Shown here: one piece after another, positions 1 through 8,831 of the stretch | How the letters are laid out: every line of letters begins with the position of its first letter | Numbering within the stretch: the stretch's first letter is position 1 | Assembly: GCA_003567205.1 (NCBI GenBank) | Contig: PXAA01000046.1 | Span: 1,403 to 65,402 of the forward strand | Source of the DNA: Bacteroidales bacterium | GTDB lineage: Bacteria; Bacteroidota; Bacteroidia; Bacteroidales; UBA7960 | Length of the DNA stretch: 64,000 bases | Direction of reading: 5' to 3' | The notes under the pieces: generated by a model | What the model was told of the DNA's origin: nothing | Database searches by the model: none | What the model saw: the letters and a program-made list of their open reading frames with translations, nothing else | Translations under genes and position numbers: made by a program

Positions 1-338
1 AAAAGGTGTTTTCCGGTGTGTTGAGGCGTTATGCCGATTTCCCCGAAATGGTGGAAATGGGTGACCGTTGGAAAAAGGGGGTGATGATTCTCAAACCAGG
101 CTCCGCACAATTGCAGTCGAAAGAAATTCCCATCGATAACTTTTTTAAAAAGATCATACTGGTGCGCGACCGTCTGCGTGTGCTTGAACAGCGCATCAAC
201 AGCAACGAGAAGCTGGAGGAGAAAGAAAAAGTAAACTTGCAGCAATACATCACCCGGATTTACGGTTCCCTGACAACATTCAACATCTTGTTCAAGCACA
301 AGGAGCAACAATTTGTCGGGGAGCGTGGCAGCGAGTAA
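1..338 (+). CDS. 3' end of an unidentified protein-coding gene (truncated by window edge)
   Basis: Frame is open from the window edge to TAA at 336-338 (110 codons in the ORF track). Composition is coding-like. No family motif recognised. Confidence 0.35.
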   Translation, partial: KVFSGVLRRYADFPEMVEMGDRWKKGVMILKPGSAQLQSKEIPIDNFFKKIILVRDRLRVLEQRINSNEKLEEKEKVNLQQYITRIYGSLTTFNILFKHKEQQFVGERGSE

Positions 339-356
339 TAACCAATCGCCCGCAAT

Positions 357-1703
357 TTACTTGGTATCGCTGTATTTGACCACCACCTTTCGCTTCCACC
401 GCCCGGTGCGGTAATAGATGTATGCGGCCACAAAACCAAAGGCCCAGGCCACGGGAATGCCCCACCAGATGCCTTCCGCACCATATCGCAGGGAAAGCAG
501 ATGGGATGCGGGTATGCGTAGCAGCCACAGGGCGATCAGGGTGATGAACATGGGTACCAGGGTGTCGCCGGCACCGCGCATCACCGATTGGGTGACAAAC
601 ATCGAAGAGAAGATCACATAAAATGAGCTTACGATCACCAGGTAGGTATAGCCGATATCTATGACCTCCTGGTTGGTGGTGAATATACCCATCATTTGCC
701 GTCCGAACAGCCAGGCCACCAGGGTAAAGGTTAGCGAGGTGGCCATGGTCATCATCAGGGTGGCCTTAAGGCCCTGGTGTACGCGCTCTGGGCGGTTGGC
801 CCCCAGGTTTTGTCCTACAAAGGTGGTCAGCGCCAGCCCGAAGTTCATGGCGGGCATGGCGGCAAAGGAGTCGATGCGCCAGGCAACGGTATAGGCGGCA
901 ATGGTATTGGTCCCAAAACGGTTTACAATGCTGATCAGGGCCAGCATGCCCAGGGAAACGAAGGTATGCTGCATGCCTGTGGGAATCCCGATGCGCAGGC
1001 TCTTGCGGAATATATTCCAGTCAAATACCAGTCCACGCAAAGTAAAGCGGATCAGCTGGTGAGTCCGGTTCAGATAGATCACCGACAAGCCAAAGGCAAT
1101 GAACTGCGCCAGCACCGTGGCAAAGGCCACCCCGCCGATGCCCCATCCGAATACGAGGACAAACAAGAGGTCGAAGGCGATGTTCAGGATGGTGGCGATG
1201 ATCAGAAAGTAAAGTGGGGTACGGGAGTCGCCCAGGCCGCGCAATACGGCACTGGTGGCGTTGTAGCCAAACATCATGATAAGTCCGCCGACATATACGC
1301 TGAAGTACAGGGTCGCATCGGGGATAAGGTGCGGGGGAAGCCCTATCAGGCGCCATATATCCTCAATGAAGACCAGTCCGAGGACCGTCAGCAGGATAGA
1401 GGCAAAGAAGAGGAATACGAAGGCGGTATCGATGGCGCGCTTGACCGCTTCAAAATCCTTTGCACCATAATATTGGGAGATGATGATGGTGGTGCCGGTG
1501 GTGATGCCGATCACCAGGCTTATCAGCACGAAGATCACGGGAAAGGAAGCGCCTGCAGCAGCCAGGGCATCGGTACCGATGTATTGCCCGATGATAATGG
1601 TATCCACGATGTTGTACATCTGCTGAAATACATTGCCCAGCAGCATTGGTAAGGCGAAAATGATGATCTGCCGGGTAACCGGCCCCTGGCTCAGGTCACG
1701 CAT
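357..1703 (-). CDS. MATE family efflux transporter
   Basis: 448-aa polytopic membrane ORF. N-terminus QIIIFALPMLLGNVFQQMYNIVDTIIIGQYIG and about 12 hydrophobic segments are typical of MATE/NorM exporters. Confidence 0.88.
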   Translation of the reverse strand: MRDLSQGPVTRQIIIFALPMLLGNVFQQMYNIVDTIIIGQYIGTDALAAAGASFPVIFVLISLVIGITTGTTIIISQYYGAKDFEAVKRAIDTAFVFLFFASILLTVLGLVFIEDIWRLIGLPPHLIPDATLYFSVYVGGLIMMFGYNATSAVLRGLGDSRTPLYFLIIATILNIAFDLLFVLVFGWGIGGVAFATVLAQFIAFGLSVIYLNRTHQLIRFTLRGLVFDWNIFRKSLRIGIPTGMQHTFVSLGMLALISIVNRFGTNTIAAYTVAWRIDSFAAMPAMNFGLALTTFVGQNLGANRPERVHQGLKATLMMTMATSLTFTLVAWLFGRQMMGIFTTNQEVIDIGYTYLVIVSSFYVIFSSMFVTQSVMRGAGDTLVPMFITLIALWLLRIPASHLLSLRYGAEGIWWGIPVAWAFGFVAAYIYYRTGRWKRKVVVKYSDTK

Positions 1704-1841
1704 TAATAGTTTTTTTCAAAAATAATGGTTTTACTCCACTCGGCCATAACACATTCATCAACCAGGCAGCCCGGCAATATGTTTAAAAAATCTTACATTT
1801 GCTTTGTAAAGCGACAAAGCTTTCTTCAAACTGTAAGTAGT

Positions 1842-2789
1842 ATGGACATCTCCATAGTAATTCCCCTGTTCAACGAAGAGGAGTCGCTCCCGGAGCTTTT
1901 TGGCTGGATTGCGCGGGTAATGCAATCCAATGGCTTTTCTTATGAAGTGTTTTTTGTGGATGACGGCAGCCGCGATGGCTCATGGGCATGCATCAGGGAG
2001 TTGGCGGCCGCCAACCCGCAGGTGCATGGCATCCGTTTTCGACGCAATTACGGCAAGGCTGCGGCTCTGAATGAAGGCTTCCGGCATTGCCGCGGCGAGG
2101 TGGTGATTACCGTGGACGCCGATTTGCAGGACAGCCCTGATGAGATTCCCGCCTTGTATCGTATGGTCAGGGATAAAGGCTATGATATGGTGAGCGGTTG
2201 GAAGAAAAACCGCAAGGACCCCTTGTCTAAAACCATCCCCACTCGCTGGTTTAACTGGGCCACCAGGGTTTTGTCGGGCATTCGCCTGCACGATTTCAAT
2301 TGCGGGCTTAAAGCCTACAACCGCCAGGTGGTGCAATCCGTTGAGGTATATGGCGAAATGCATCGCTACATCCCGGTGCTTGTAAAAAGGGCCGGATTTG
2401 ACCGGATCGGTGAAAAGACCGTCGAACACCAGGCGCGCAAGTATGGCAAAACAAAATACGGGCTCGATCGCTTTTTCAAAGGTTTTCTCGATCTTTTGTC
2501 GATCAGTTTTATGACGCGCTTTGGCCGGCGGCCCATGCACCTGTTCGGCCTGCTGGGCACCCTGCTCTTTGCCGCAGGTGTTGTGATTGCAGTCTACCTG
2601 GCCTACAGCAAATTTTTTATGATGGGGTATCGCATGACCGAAAGGCCCTTGTTTTATTTCGGTCTGCTGGCCATGATCCTTGGTACACAACTCTTTATTG
2701 CCGGTTTTTTGGGCGAGCTGATATCAAGGAATGCACCAGATAGGAACAACTACCAGATTCAGGAAAAGACCGGGAAAGGGAAGAAGTAA
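1842..2789 (+). CDS. Family 2 glycosyltransferase (polyprenol-phosphate sugar transferase-like)
   Basis: ATG at 1842 gives MDISIVIPLFNEEESL...FVDDGSRDGS...VDADLQD (GT-A fold with DxD) plus two C-terminal TM helices. The 39 upstream codons of the tracked ORF have no family-like sequence. Confidence 0.85.
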   Translation: MDISIVIPLFNEEESLPELFGWIARVMQSNGFSYEVFFVDDGSRDGSWACIRELAAANPQVHGIRFRRNYGKAAALNEGFRHCRGEVVITVDADLQDSPDEIPALYRMVRDKGYDMVSGWKKNRKDPLSKTIPTRWFNWATRVLSGIRLHDFNCGLKAYNRQVVQSVEVYGEMHRYIPVLVKRAGFDRIGEKTVEHQARKYGKTKYGLDRFFKGFLDLLSISFMTRFGRRPMHLFGLLGTLLFAAGVVIAVYLAYSKFFMMGYRMTERPLFYFGLLAMILGTQLFIAGFLGELISRNAPDRNNYQIQEKTGKGKK

Positions 2790-2838
2790 TTAGTAGTTAG
2801 TAATTAGTAATTAGTATTTAGTATTTAGTAATTAGTAG
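2790..2838. repeat. Seven tandem heptamers TTAGTAR starting immediately after the GT2 stop codon
   Basis: Read directly: TTAGTAG TTAGTAA TTAGTAA TTAGTAT TTAGTAT TTAGTAA TTAGTAG. The same heptamer array recurs at 21165-21192 on the other strand. Confidence 0.9.
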
Positions 2839-2856
2839 TAATTACATTATAATTGG

Positions 2857-4020
2857 TTGGAAGTGGGGGGTGTTGTAATACTTGGATCAGCGTATCCGTT
2901 GCGGGGTGGGGGGCTGGCTACTTTCAATGAAAGGCTGGCCAGGGCTTTTATTGACCTGGGGCACCGGGTAAGCATCTATACCTTTTCGTTGCAATATCCG
3001 GGTTTGTTATTTCCCGGAAAAACCCAGTATTCTGACGGGCCGCCGCCCGAAGGCCTGGATATTAAAGTAAAGGTCAACAGCATTAATCCACTGAACTGGC
3101 TACGGGTGGGCCGTGAACTCAGGGACACGAAGCCCGACCTGCTGGTGATCAGGTATTGGCTGCCTTTTATGGCGCCCAGCTTGGGAAGGATTGCTTCCAT
3201 TGTTAAAAAGAACAGGCATACCCGTGTGGTGGCCATCACCGACAATATTGTCCCACACGAAAAGCGCCCCGGCGACAAATGCCTGACCAGGTACTTTCTC
3301 AATAAGGTACATGGTTTTGTATGCATGTCCGATAGCGTGGTACAGGACCTGCTGGCCTTTAAGGTTGACAAAAGGCGCATCCGCCTGTGCCCGCACCCTT
3401 TGTATGATAACTTTGGCGAGGCCGTTGACAGGGAAGAGGCACGCCGCTTTCTGAACATTTCCGGGGCAGGCAAACTGGTGCTCTTTTTTGGCTTTATCCG
3501 CGATTACAAAGGCCTGGATCTTCTGCTGAAAGCTTTTGCCTTCGATGGCATTAAAAAATTGCCTGTCCGCCTTGTGGTGGCCGGTGAATTCTATACAAAA
3601 CCGGCGCCTTACCATCGGCTGGCACAATCACTTGGCATTGATGAGCGCATCATCTGGCGGACGGATTTCATTCCCGACGATCAGGTGCGATATTATTTCT
3701 CTGCTTCCGACCTGGTGGTCCAACCTTATAAAAGAGCCACCCAAAGCGGGGTGACCCAGGTGGCCTACCACTTCGAAAAACCCATGCTGGTGACCAATGT
3801 GGGTGGATTGCCCGAGATGGTACCCCACGGCAAAGCCGGATATGTGGTACCACCCCGCCCGGAAGCCATTGCTGCTGCCATGGCGGATTTTTTCGTCAAT
3901 GAGCGGGAGAAAACCATGGCAGGCACATTAAATAAAGAAAAGAAACGTTTTTCATGGGACAGGCTGGTGAACAGCTTGCTCGATGTGGCAGAAAAAACAA
4001 TAGAACATGGAAATTCGTAA
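2857..4020 (+). CDS. Family 4 (GT-B, GT1-type) glycosyltransferase
   Basis: 387-aa ORF with N-terminal GGGLATFNERLA and a C-terminal E-x7-E-like region (SDLVVQPYKRATQSGVTQVAYHFEKPMLVTNVGGLPEMV). Start is TTG/GTG and uncertain. Confidence 0.8.
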   Translation: MEVGGVVILGSAYPLRGGGLATFNERLARAFIDLGHRVSIYTFSLQYPGLLFPGKTQYSDGPPPEGLDIKVKVNSINPLNWLRVGRELRDTKPDLLVIRYWLPFMAPSLGRIASIVKKNRHTRVVAITDNIVPHEKRPGDKCLTRYFLNKVHGFVCMSDSVVQDLLAFKVDKRRIRLCPHPLYDNFGEAVDREEARRFLNISGAGKLVLFFGFIRDYKGLDLLLKAFAFDGIKKLPVRLVVAGEFYTKPAPYHRLAQSLGIDERIIWRTDFIPDDQVRYYFSASDLVVQPYKRATQSGVTQVAYHFEKPMLVTNVGGLPEMVPHGKAGYVVPPRPEAIAAAMADFFVNEREKTMAGTLNKEKKRFSWDRLVNSLLDVAEKTIEHGNS

Positions 4021-4582
4021 GCAGATCATAGAATCCATTGATTTGAAAAACAAAGTGTTGGAAGACGAAGGCCTCCTCGGAGACCTGGGCAATTGTGTTA
4101 ACCTCATTGTGGATGCCTACCGCACCGGCGGCAAAGTATTGTTTTGCGGCAACGGTGGAAGTGCAGCCGATGCGCAACACCTGGCAGCGGAGCTGAGCGG
4201 GCGTTTTTATCTCGACCGTCCGCCACTGAATGCCGAAGCCCTGCATGTAAACTCTTCCTTTGTTACAGCCACTGCCAATGATCTTTCGTTCGACAATATA
4301 TTTGAACGCATGCTGCGTGCCCTTGGAAAGAAAGGGGATGTGCTCCTGGCATTTTCCACTTCGGGCAATTCTCCAAACATCGTCCTTGCGCTGCAAGCGG
4401 CAAAAACAATGGGTATTAAAACCATTGGGTTTACCGGCGCGGACGGTGGAAAGATGAAGCGGTATTGTGATATGCTGTTTAAGGTACCTTCGGCAGATAC
4501 CCCCAGGATACAGGAATTGCATATGCTGTTGGGGCATATTATCTGCGAGAATGTTGAATCGATCTTATTTTCCGAGAAATGA
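4007..4582 (+). CDS. gmhA: D-sedoheptulose-7-phosphate isomerase (SIS domain)
   Basis: GGKVLFCGNGGSAADAQHLAAEL...DVLLAFSTSGNSPNI...RIQELHMLLGHI is collinear with GmhA. Overlaps the GT4 gene by 14 nt. Confidence 0.9.
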   Translation: MEIRKQIIESIDLKNKVLEDEGLLGDLGNCVNLIVDAYRTGGKVLFCGNGGSAADAQHLAAELSGRFYLDRPPLNAEALHVNSSFVTATANDLSFDNIFERMLRALGKKGDVLLAFSTSGNSPNIVLALQAAKTMGIKTIGFTGADGGKMKRYCDMLFKVPSADTPRIQELHMLLGHIICENVESILFSEK

Positions 4583-5148
4583 CGCTGGGTGCAGGAAAAA
4601 AATACAAGGAGCATACGCTATTTCTGGACCGTGACGGGGTGTTGAACAAGCGACCTGGTTCCGGTTATGTGTGCCGGCCCGGTGATTTTCACTGGATCCC
4701 GGGAAGCCTGGAGGCTGTGGTGCTGCTGTCCGGGATTTTCCGCTATGTTTTTGTGGTGACCAACCAGCAGGGCATTGGCAAGGGCCTGATGACGTATGAT
4801 GACCTGCAGGAGGTCCACCGCAGGATGTTGCAGGATGTAAATGAGGCAGGGGGGCGGATAGATCAGGTGTATGCTGCCACCGGAATAAGGCACACAGACA
4901 GTTTTAACAGGAAACCTGCTGAAGGGATGGCGCTTGAAGCCATGGACGATTTTCCGGGTATTTCTTTGGAAAAAGCCTGGATGGTGGGTGACACCACCAG
5001 GGACATGCTTTTCGGTTACCGCCTGGGCATGTCTACCGTGTTGATATCGCACCAGCAAATTGATTCAGCAAATTATCCTCATTTGGTGGATTACCGCTTT
5101 TCCAGCCTGGGAAGTTTTGCTAAGTTTATTAACAGAAAGTTATTATAG
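4579..5148 (+). CDS. gmhB: HAD-IIIA hydrolase, D,D-heptose 1,7-bisphosphate phosphatase-like
   Basis: LFLDRDGVLN (DxDGxxN HAD motif I), VVTNQQGIG, RKP and GDTTRD motifs. ATGA overlap with gmhA. The Zn-binding Cys pattern of enterobacterial GmhB is absent, so substrate is less certain. Confidence 0.7.
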   Translation: MTLGAGKKYKEHTLFLDRDGVLNKRPGSGYVCRPGDFHWIPGSLEAVVLLSGIFRYVFVVTNQQGIGKGLMTYDDLQEVHRRMLQDVNEAGGRIDQVYAATGIRHTDSFNRKPAEGMALEAMDDFPGISLEKAWMVGDTTRDMLFGYRLGMSTVLISHQQIDSANYPHLVDYRFSSLGSFAKFINRKLL

Positions 5149-5161
5149 ATTGCATTGCGTT

Positions 5162-6262
5162 ATGGGTAAAGGAAGGGTATTAATGGCCATGAGTGGTGGA
5201 CTGGACAGCAGTGTTGCTGCCATGATGTTGCTGGAAGAGGGTTACGGGCTGGTGGGTATTACCATGAAGACCTGGGAATATGCCGCCACCGGCACTTTGG
5301 GAAAGGAAACGGGCTGTTGCAGCCTCGACTCCATTCACGATGCGCGCCATTTAGCGGTCAGCCTGGGTTTTCCGCACTATGTACTCGATATCCGTGATGA
5401 ATTCAACCATTACATTGTAAAGGACTTTGTGGATCAGTACCTGAAAGGCCGTACACCCAATCCCTGTGTTTTATGCAATACCCATATTAAATGGGCCGCC
5501 CTGCTCAAAAGGGCCGTTCAGCTTGGTTGTGAGTATATTGCCACCGGTCATTATGCCCGGATCAGGAAGGAAAAGGGCCGCATGATACTGTATAAAGGCG
5601 CTGACCAGGAAAAAGACCAGAGTTATGTGCTTTGGGGGCTTTCGCAGGATTTTTTGCGCAAGACCATGTTTCCCTTGGGTGGCTTTACCAAGTCTGAGAT
5701 CCGGGAAATGGCCAAAGTGGCTGGTTTTGATGATATAGCTGATAAAAGGGAAAGCTACGAGATCTGTTTTATTCCCGACAACGACTATCGCCGCTTCCTC
5801 AAACAACAAGTACCCGGTCTGGAAGATAAGACCAGGGATGGGGATTTTGTCGATACCAAAGGCAATTTCCTTGGGAAGCACCAGGGTTATCCCTTTTATA
5901 CCATCGGGCAGCGGAAAGGGCTGAATGTGGCCGTAGGGGAGCCCCTTTACGTGAATAAGATCATTCCCCAAACCAATACCATTGTGCTGGGCACCAAACA
6001 GGGAACCTTTAAAAAACACTTCACGGTAAGCGGTTTTAACCTGATCAGCCTTGAAAAGCTACCAAAGGAGTTGCAGGTGATCGCAAAAGTCAGGTATAAG
6101 GACCCGGGGCATTATGCCACCATACGTCTCGACGAACAGGACGACCGCCTGCAGGTAAAATTGCACGAGGCAGTGTCTGCTGTTACCCCGGGCCAGTCTG
6201 CCGTTTTTTATCAAGGGGACGATGTAGTCGGAGGTGGCTTTATTGAAGATGCCTCTTTTTAA
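5162..6262 (+). CDS. mnmA: tRNA 2-thiouridine(34) synthase
   Basis: ATG at 5162 gives MGKGRVLMAMSGGLDSSVAA (PP-loop SGGxDS), then CCSLDS, NPCVLCN and DQSYVLW. The tracked ORF start at 5060 adds a non-homologous extension. Confidence 0.93.
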   Translation: MGKGRVLMAMSGGLDSSVAAMMLLEEGYGLVGITMKTWEYAATGTLGKETGCCSLDSIHDARHLAVSLGFPHYVLDIRDEFNHYIVKDFVDQYLKGRTPNPCVLCNTHIKWAALLKRAVQLGCEYIATGHYARIRKEKGRMILYKGADQEKDQSYVLWGLSQDFLRKTMFPLGGFTKSEIREMAKVAGFDDIADKRESYEICFIPDNDYRRFLKQQVPGLEDKTRDGDFVDTKGNFLGKHQGYPFYTIGQRKGLNVAVGEPLYVNKIIPQTNTIVLGTKQGTFKKHFTVSGFNLISLEKLPKELQVIAKVRYKDPGHYATIRLDEQDDRLQVKLHEAVSAVTPGQSAVFYQGDDVVGGGFIEDASF

Positions 6263-6807
6263 GTCTCCCGGATTCTTCTCCACGATAACTTTCCCGTAAA
6301 CAATTTTTTTATGTAATTCTCACCGTTTTAATAAAACAGGGGAGAAGTTGACTGAAAATAAACTTTGTTCAACAATCCACTCAGGTTACAAAAGTAAACA
6401 ACGCATAAATTCACAAACAAAACACAACATTAAACAAAACATTATAAAATACTCTATAACAATATGTTATATAACCAATTTACAAAAATAAAATATTCAC
6501 ATTGTTAACAATAATACAAATAAAACATATATGTTTTTATGTAACACTTTTATAAAACTAATATTCAGTAATATATAGTGTTTATGTACACTTTTTATTT
6601 AAATAAACGCATTTTTGTATGCATGCGAATTCTTTTAAAAATTGTGTCGGTGTATAATATTAATAAACAATTAATTATAAGATATGACTAAAGCGTTAAT
6701 TTAATAAAATTTAGTGTATACAAATGTAAACTGCTAATTATTTACATTTCCAAACTGGTTCTCCGGGATTTTTTTATATATTTACACAAATGTAAAAACT
6801 GCATAAA
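6263..6807. other. 545-bp ORF-free region of much lower apparent GC, with direct and inverted repeats
   Basis: No ORF of 60 aa or more in any frame. By eye the GC content is far below the flanks. Direct repeat TTTATGTA(A)CACTTTT(T)AT at 6537-6554 and 6581-6598. Poly-A/ACA tracts at 6400-6450. Confidence 0.8.
6720..6802 (+). promoter_or_regulatory. Operator/promoter-like repeat cluster upstream of the XRE gene
   Basis: ACAAATGTAAA(AA)CTGC occurs at 6720-6734 and 6786-6802. Inverted repeat AAATGTAAA-N10-TTTACATTT at 6722-6749. Palindrome TTTACAcaaaTGTAAA at 6781-6796, ending 12 nt before the ATG at 6808. TATATTTA at 6776-6783 is one mismatch from TAnnTTTG. Confidence 0.45.
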
Positions 6808-7266
6808 ATGATAGAAAGAATAAGGAATATCATCTCGGCAAAGCAGATGAGTTCTTCTGGTTTTGCAGATGCCATCGGAGTGCCTCGTTCTACCATTTCA
6901 CATATTTTGTCCGGAAGAAACAATCCGAGCCTTGAACTCGTGCAGAAAATTCTTGATGCCTTTCCGGATATACGGACTCAATGGCTTGTACGTGGAGATG
7001 GGAATATGAGCGATCGGATGCAGGATTTGTTTTCGCAGCAGGAAGGTGTGGATGATGTAAACGAACGGAAAGGACAAACGGATATAAAATCTGCAGGATT
7101 AGACCCTGATCGTATGGCCATTAAATCCTTTGGTAATGAAGAATCTGAACGAAAGGCCACTGCAAACAAGATAGCCTCCGGAGGCACCGGAAAGCGCCCG
7201 GTAAAGGTGCTGATCCTGCATGAAGACGGGACATTTGCAGCCTATCTGCCGGATGAGACCCCCTGA
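6808..7266 (+). CDS. XRE-family helix-turn-helix transcriptional regulator
   Basis: N-terminal SSSGFADAIGVPRSTISHILSGRNNPSLELVQKILDAFP is an HTH_3/XRE motif. The C-terminal half is low-complexity. Confidence 0.8.
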   Translation: MIERIRNIISAKQMSSSGFADAIGVPRSTISHILSGRNNPSLELVQKILDAFPDIRTQWLVRGDGNMSDRMQDLFSQQEGVDDVNERKGQTDIKSAGLDPDRMAIKSFGNEESERKATANKIASGGTGKRPVKVLILHEDGTFAAYLPDETP

Positions 7267-7281
7267 TTGCAAGCATAAGCT

Positions 7282-7701
7282 TCAGAATCTTTCCATTTCT
7301 GAGAAGAAAAAGTTTGCCTCTTTGATGGCATTCTCGTCAGAGTCTGACCCATGTACGGCATTCATTTCAATGCTGGCGCCAAAAAGCTTACGCAGTGTGC
7401 CTTCCTCTGCCCTGTGGGGATCTGTGGCCCCGATGAGTTTTCGGTAACTGGCCACGGCATCTTCTTTTTCGAGCAATAACACCACAATCGGGCCTGTAAT
7501 CATGAAATTGACGAGTTTTTCAAAATATTTCTGGCCGTTGTGGATTGCATAAAACTTTTTTGCCTGCCCCAGTGACAGCTGTACGTACTTCATGGCGGAT
7601 ATCCTGAATCCTGCCTCATTGATTTTTGCCAGTATTTGTCCGGCATAGCCGTTCTTTACCGCATAGGGCTTGATCAAACTAATGGTTATTTTTCCTTTCA
7701 T
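7282..7701 (-). CDS. ndk: Nucleoside-diphosphate kinase
   Basis: 139 aa with TISLIKPYAV...GPIVVLLLE...GATDP...LRKLFGASIEMNAVHGSDS (active-site His in NAVHGSD). Confidence 0.95.
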   Translation of the reverse strand: MKGKITISLIKPYAVKNGYAGQILAKINEAGFRISAMKYVQLSLGQAKKFYAIHNGQKYFEKLVNFMITGPIVVLLLEKEDAVASYRKLIGATDPHRAEEGTLRKLFGASIEMNAVHGSDSDENAIKEANFFFSEMERF

Positions 7702-7822
7702 TTTTGTGGGTTTATTCCAGCTATCCTAATAATTTTCAATATTAACAATTAATTTATTTGGCTCAGACAAAGAGCGGGCATTTTTTTTACCTTTGTACAA
7801 TTAATCAGGATAAGCGGATATT

Positions 7823-8830
7823 TTGAATAAAGAGCAGATCGAAAAACTTGGCAGGCTCTTGCTGGATAAAACCCAGGCAATAGCTATTGTAGTGCATGCC
7901 AATCCTGATGGTGATGCCATAGGATCTGCCCTGGGGTTATATGGTTTTTTGCGCAATGAAGGGTTTGCCCATGTAGAAGTGGTTTCGCCCAATGCCTACC
8001 CGTCTTTCCTGCACTGGATGCCCGGGAACGCCAGTGTGATCATCGCTGAAAAGGCCGGTGATAAGGCCTTATCCATCATTTCCAATGCAGATCTGTTGTT
8101 TTGCCTTGACTTTAACGGATTTGGCCGTACAGATCAGCTGGAGCAGGCGCTGGAAAAGAGTAAGGCGGACAAAGTGATGATAGACCATCATCCGCAGCCG
8201 GAAGATGGCTTTGATGTGGTGTTTTCCGATACCATTGCCAGCAGCACGGCCGAACTGGTGTATGAGTGCATAGCAGCCCTGAAAGGCGGGGATGCGGTAA
8301 CCCTCGAAATGGCTCAGTGCCTTTACGCTGGCATTGTGACCGATACCGGTTCCTTCAGCTATGGGTGCAATAATCCGCGCACTTATGAAATCGTGGCCCG
8401 GCTGATTGAAAAAGGGGTGGACGGCGCTTACCTGCACCGGTTGATTTACAGTACATACAGTGTTGATCGCATGCGCCTGCTGGGTTATTGTTTGAGTAAA
8501 AAGCTCGAGGTGATCGAAGCGCACCAGGCCGCTTACATCAGTCTGACCAAAAAGGACCTGGAACGATTTAACCACCATGAGGGCGATACCGAAGGAGTGG
8601 TTAATTATGCCTTGGATATCAGGGGAATAAACCTGGCAGCTTTGTTTATGGAAAAAGACGATCACGTAAAGGTTTCTTTCCGTTCGGCGGGCGATCTGGA
8701 TGTGAACCGCCTGGCCAGGAGATATTATCATGGGGGCGGGCATAAAAATGCGGCGGGCGGCAAAAGCCTGGAAAATATGGAAAATACTCTGGCAGCCTTC
8801 GATGCCCTGATAAAAAAAGGCTTTTTCTGA
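7823..8830 (+). CDS. nrnA: DHH-family phosphoesterase (NrnA-type oligoribonuclease/pAp phosphatase)
   Basis: HANPDGDAIGSALG, MIDHHP (DHH motif), DTGSFSY, and C-terminal DHHA1 GGGHKNAAGG. TTG start at 7823. Confidence 0.85.
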   Translation: MNKEQIEKLGRLLLDKTQAIAIVVHANPDGDAIGSALGLYGFLRNEGFAHVEVVSPNAYPSFLHWMPGNASVIIAEKAGDKALSIISNADLLFCLDFNGFGRTDQLEQALEKSKADKVMIDHHPQPEDGFDVVFSDTIASSTAELVYECIAALKGGDAVTLEMAQCLYAGIVTDTGSFSYGCNNPRTYEIVARLIEKGVDGAYLHRLIYSTYSVDRMRLLGYCLSKKLEVIEAHQAAYISLTKKDLERFNHHEGDTEGVVNYALDIRGINLAALFMEKDDHVKVSFRSAGDLDVNRLARRYYHGGGHKNAAGGKSLENMENTLAAFDALIKKGFF

Positions 8831-8831
8831 C

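Noticed and set aside
777-1652. 291-aa ORF on the plus strand, antisense to the MATE gene
   Set aside because: It lies entirely inside a well-supported membrane-protein gene on the opposite strand. Its Gly/Gln/His/Asp-rich, low-complexity translation is typical of a shadow frame, and it carries no motif.
1725-1841. N-terminal extensions offered by the ORF track: GT2 from 1725, mnmA from 5060, rpsP from 56205, the DUF2795 gene from 40727, and the AOS gene from 63367
   Set aside because: The extensions have no family-like sequence, and internal ATG codons restore canonical N-termini. In three cases (the DUF2795 gene, the AOS gene, and the similar hydG/trxA-style layouts) a perfect TAnnTTTG element lies inside the extension.
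6623-6691. 22-codon ORF (MRILLKIVSVYNINKQLIIRYD) inside the AT-rich island as a possible small toxin or leader peptide
   Set aside because: Short ORFs are expected by chance in DNA that is rich in ATG and stop codons. It has no recognisable promoter spacing or partner gene, and it cannot be supported from sequence alone.
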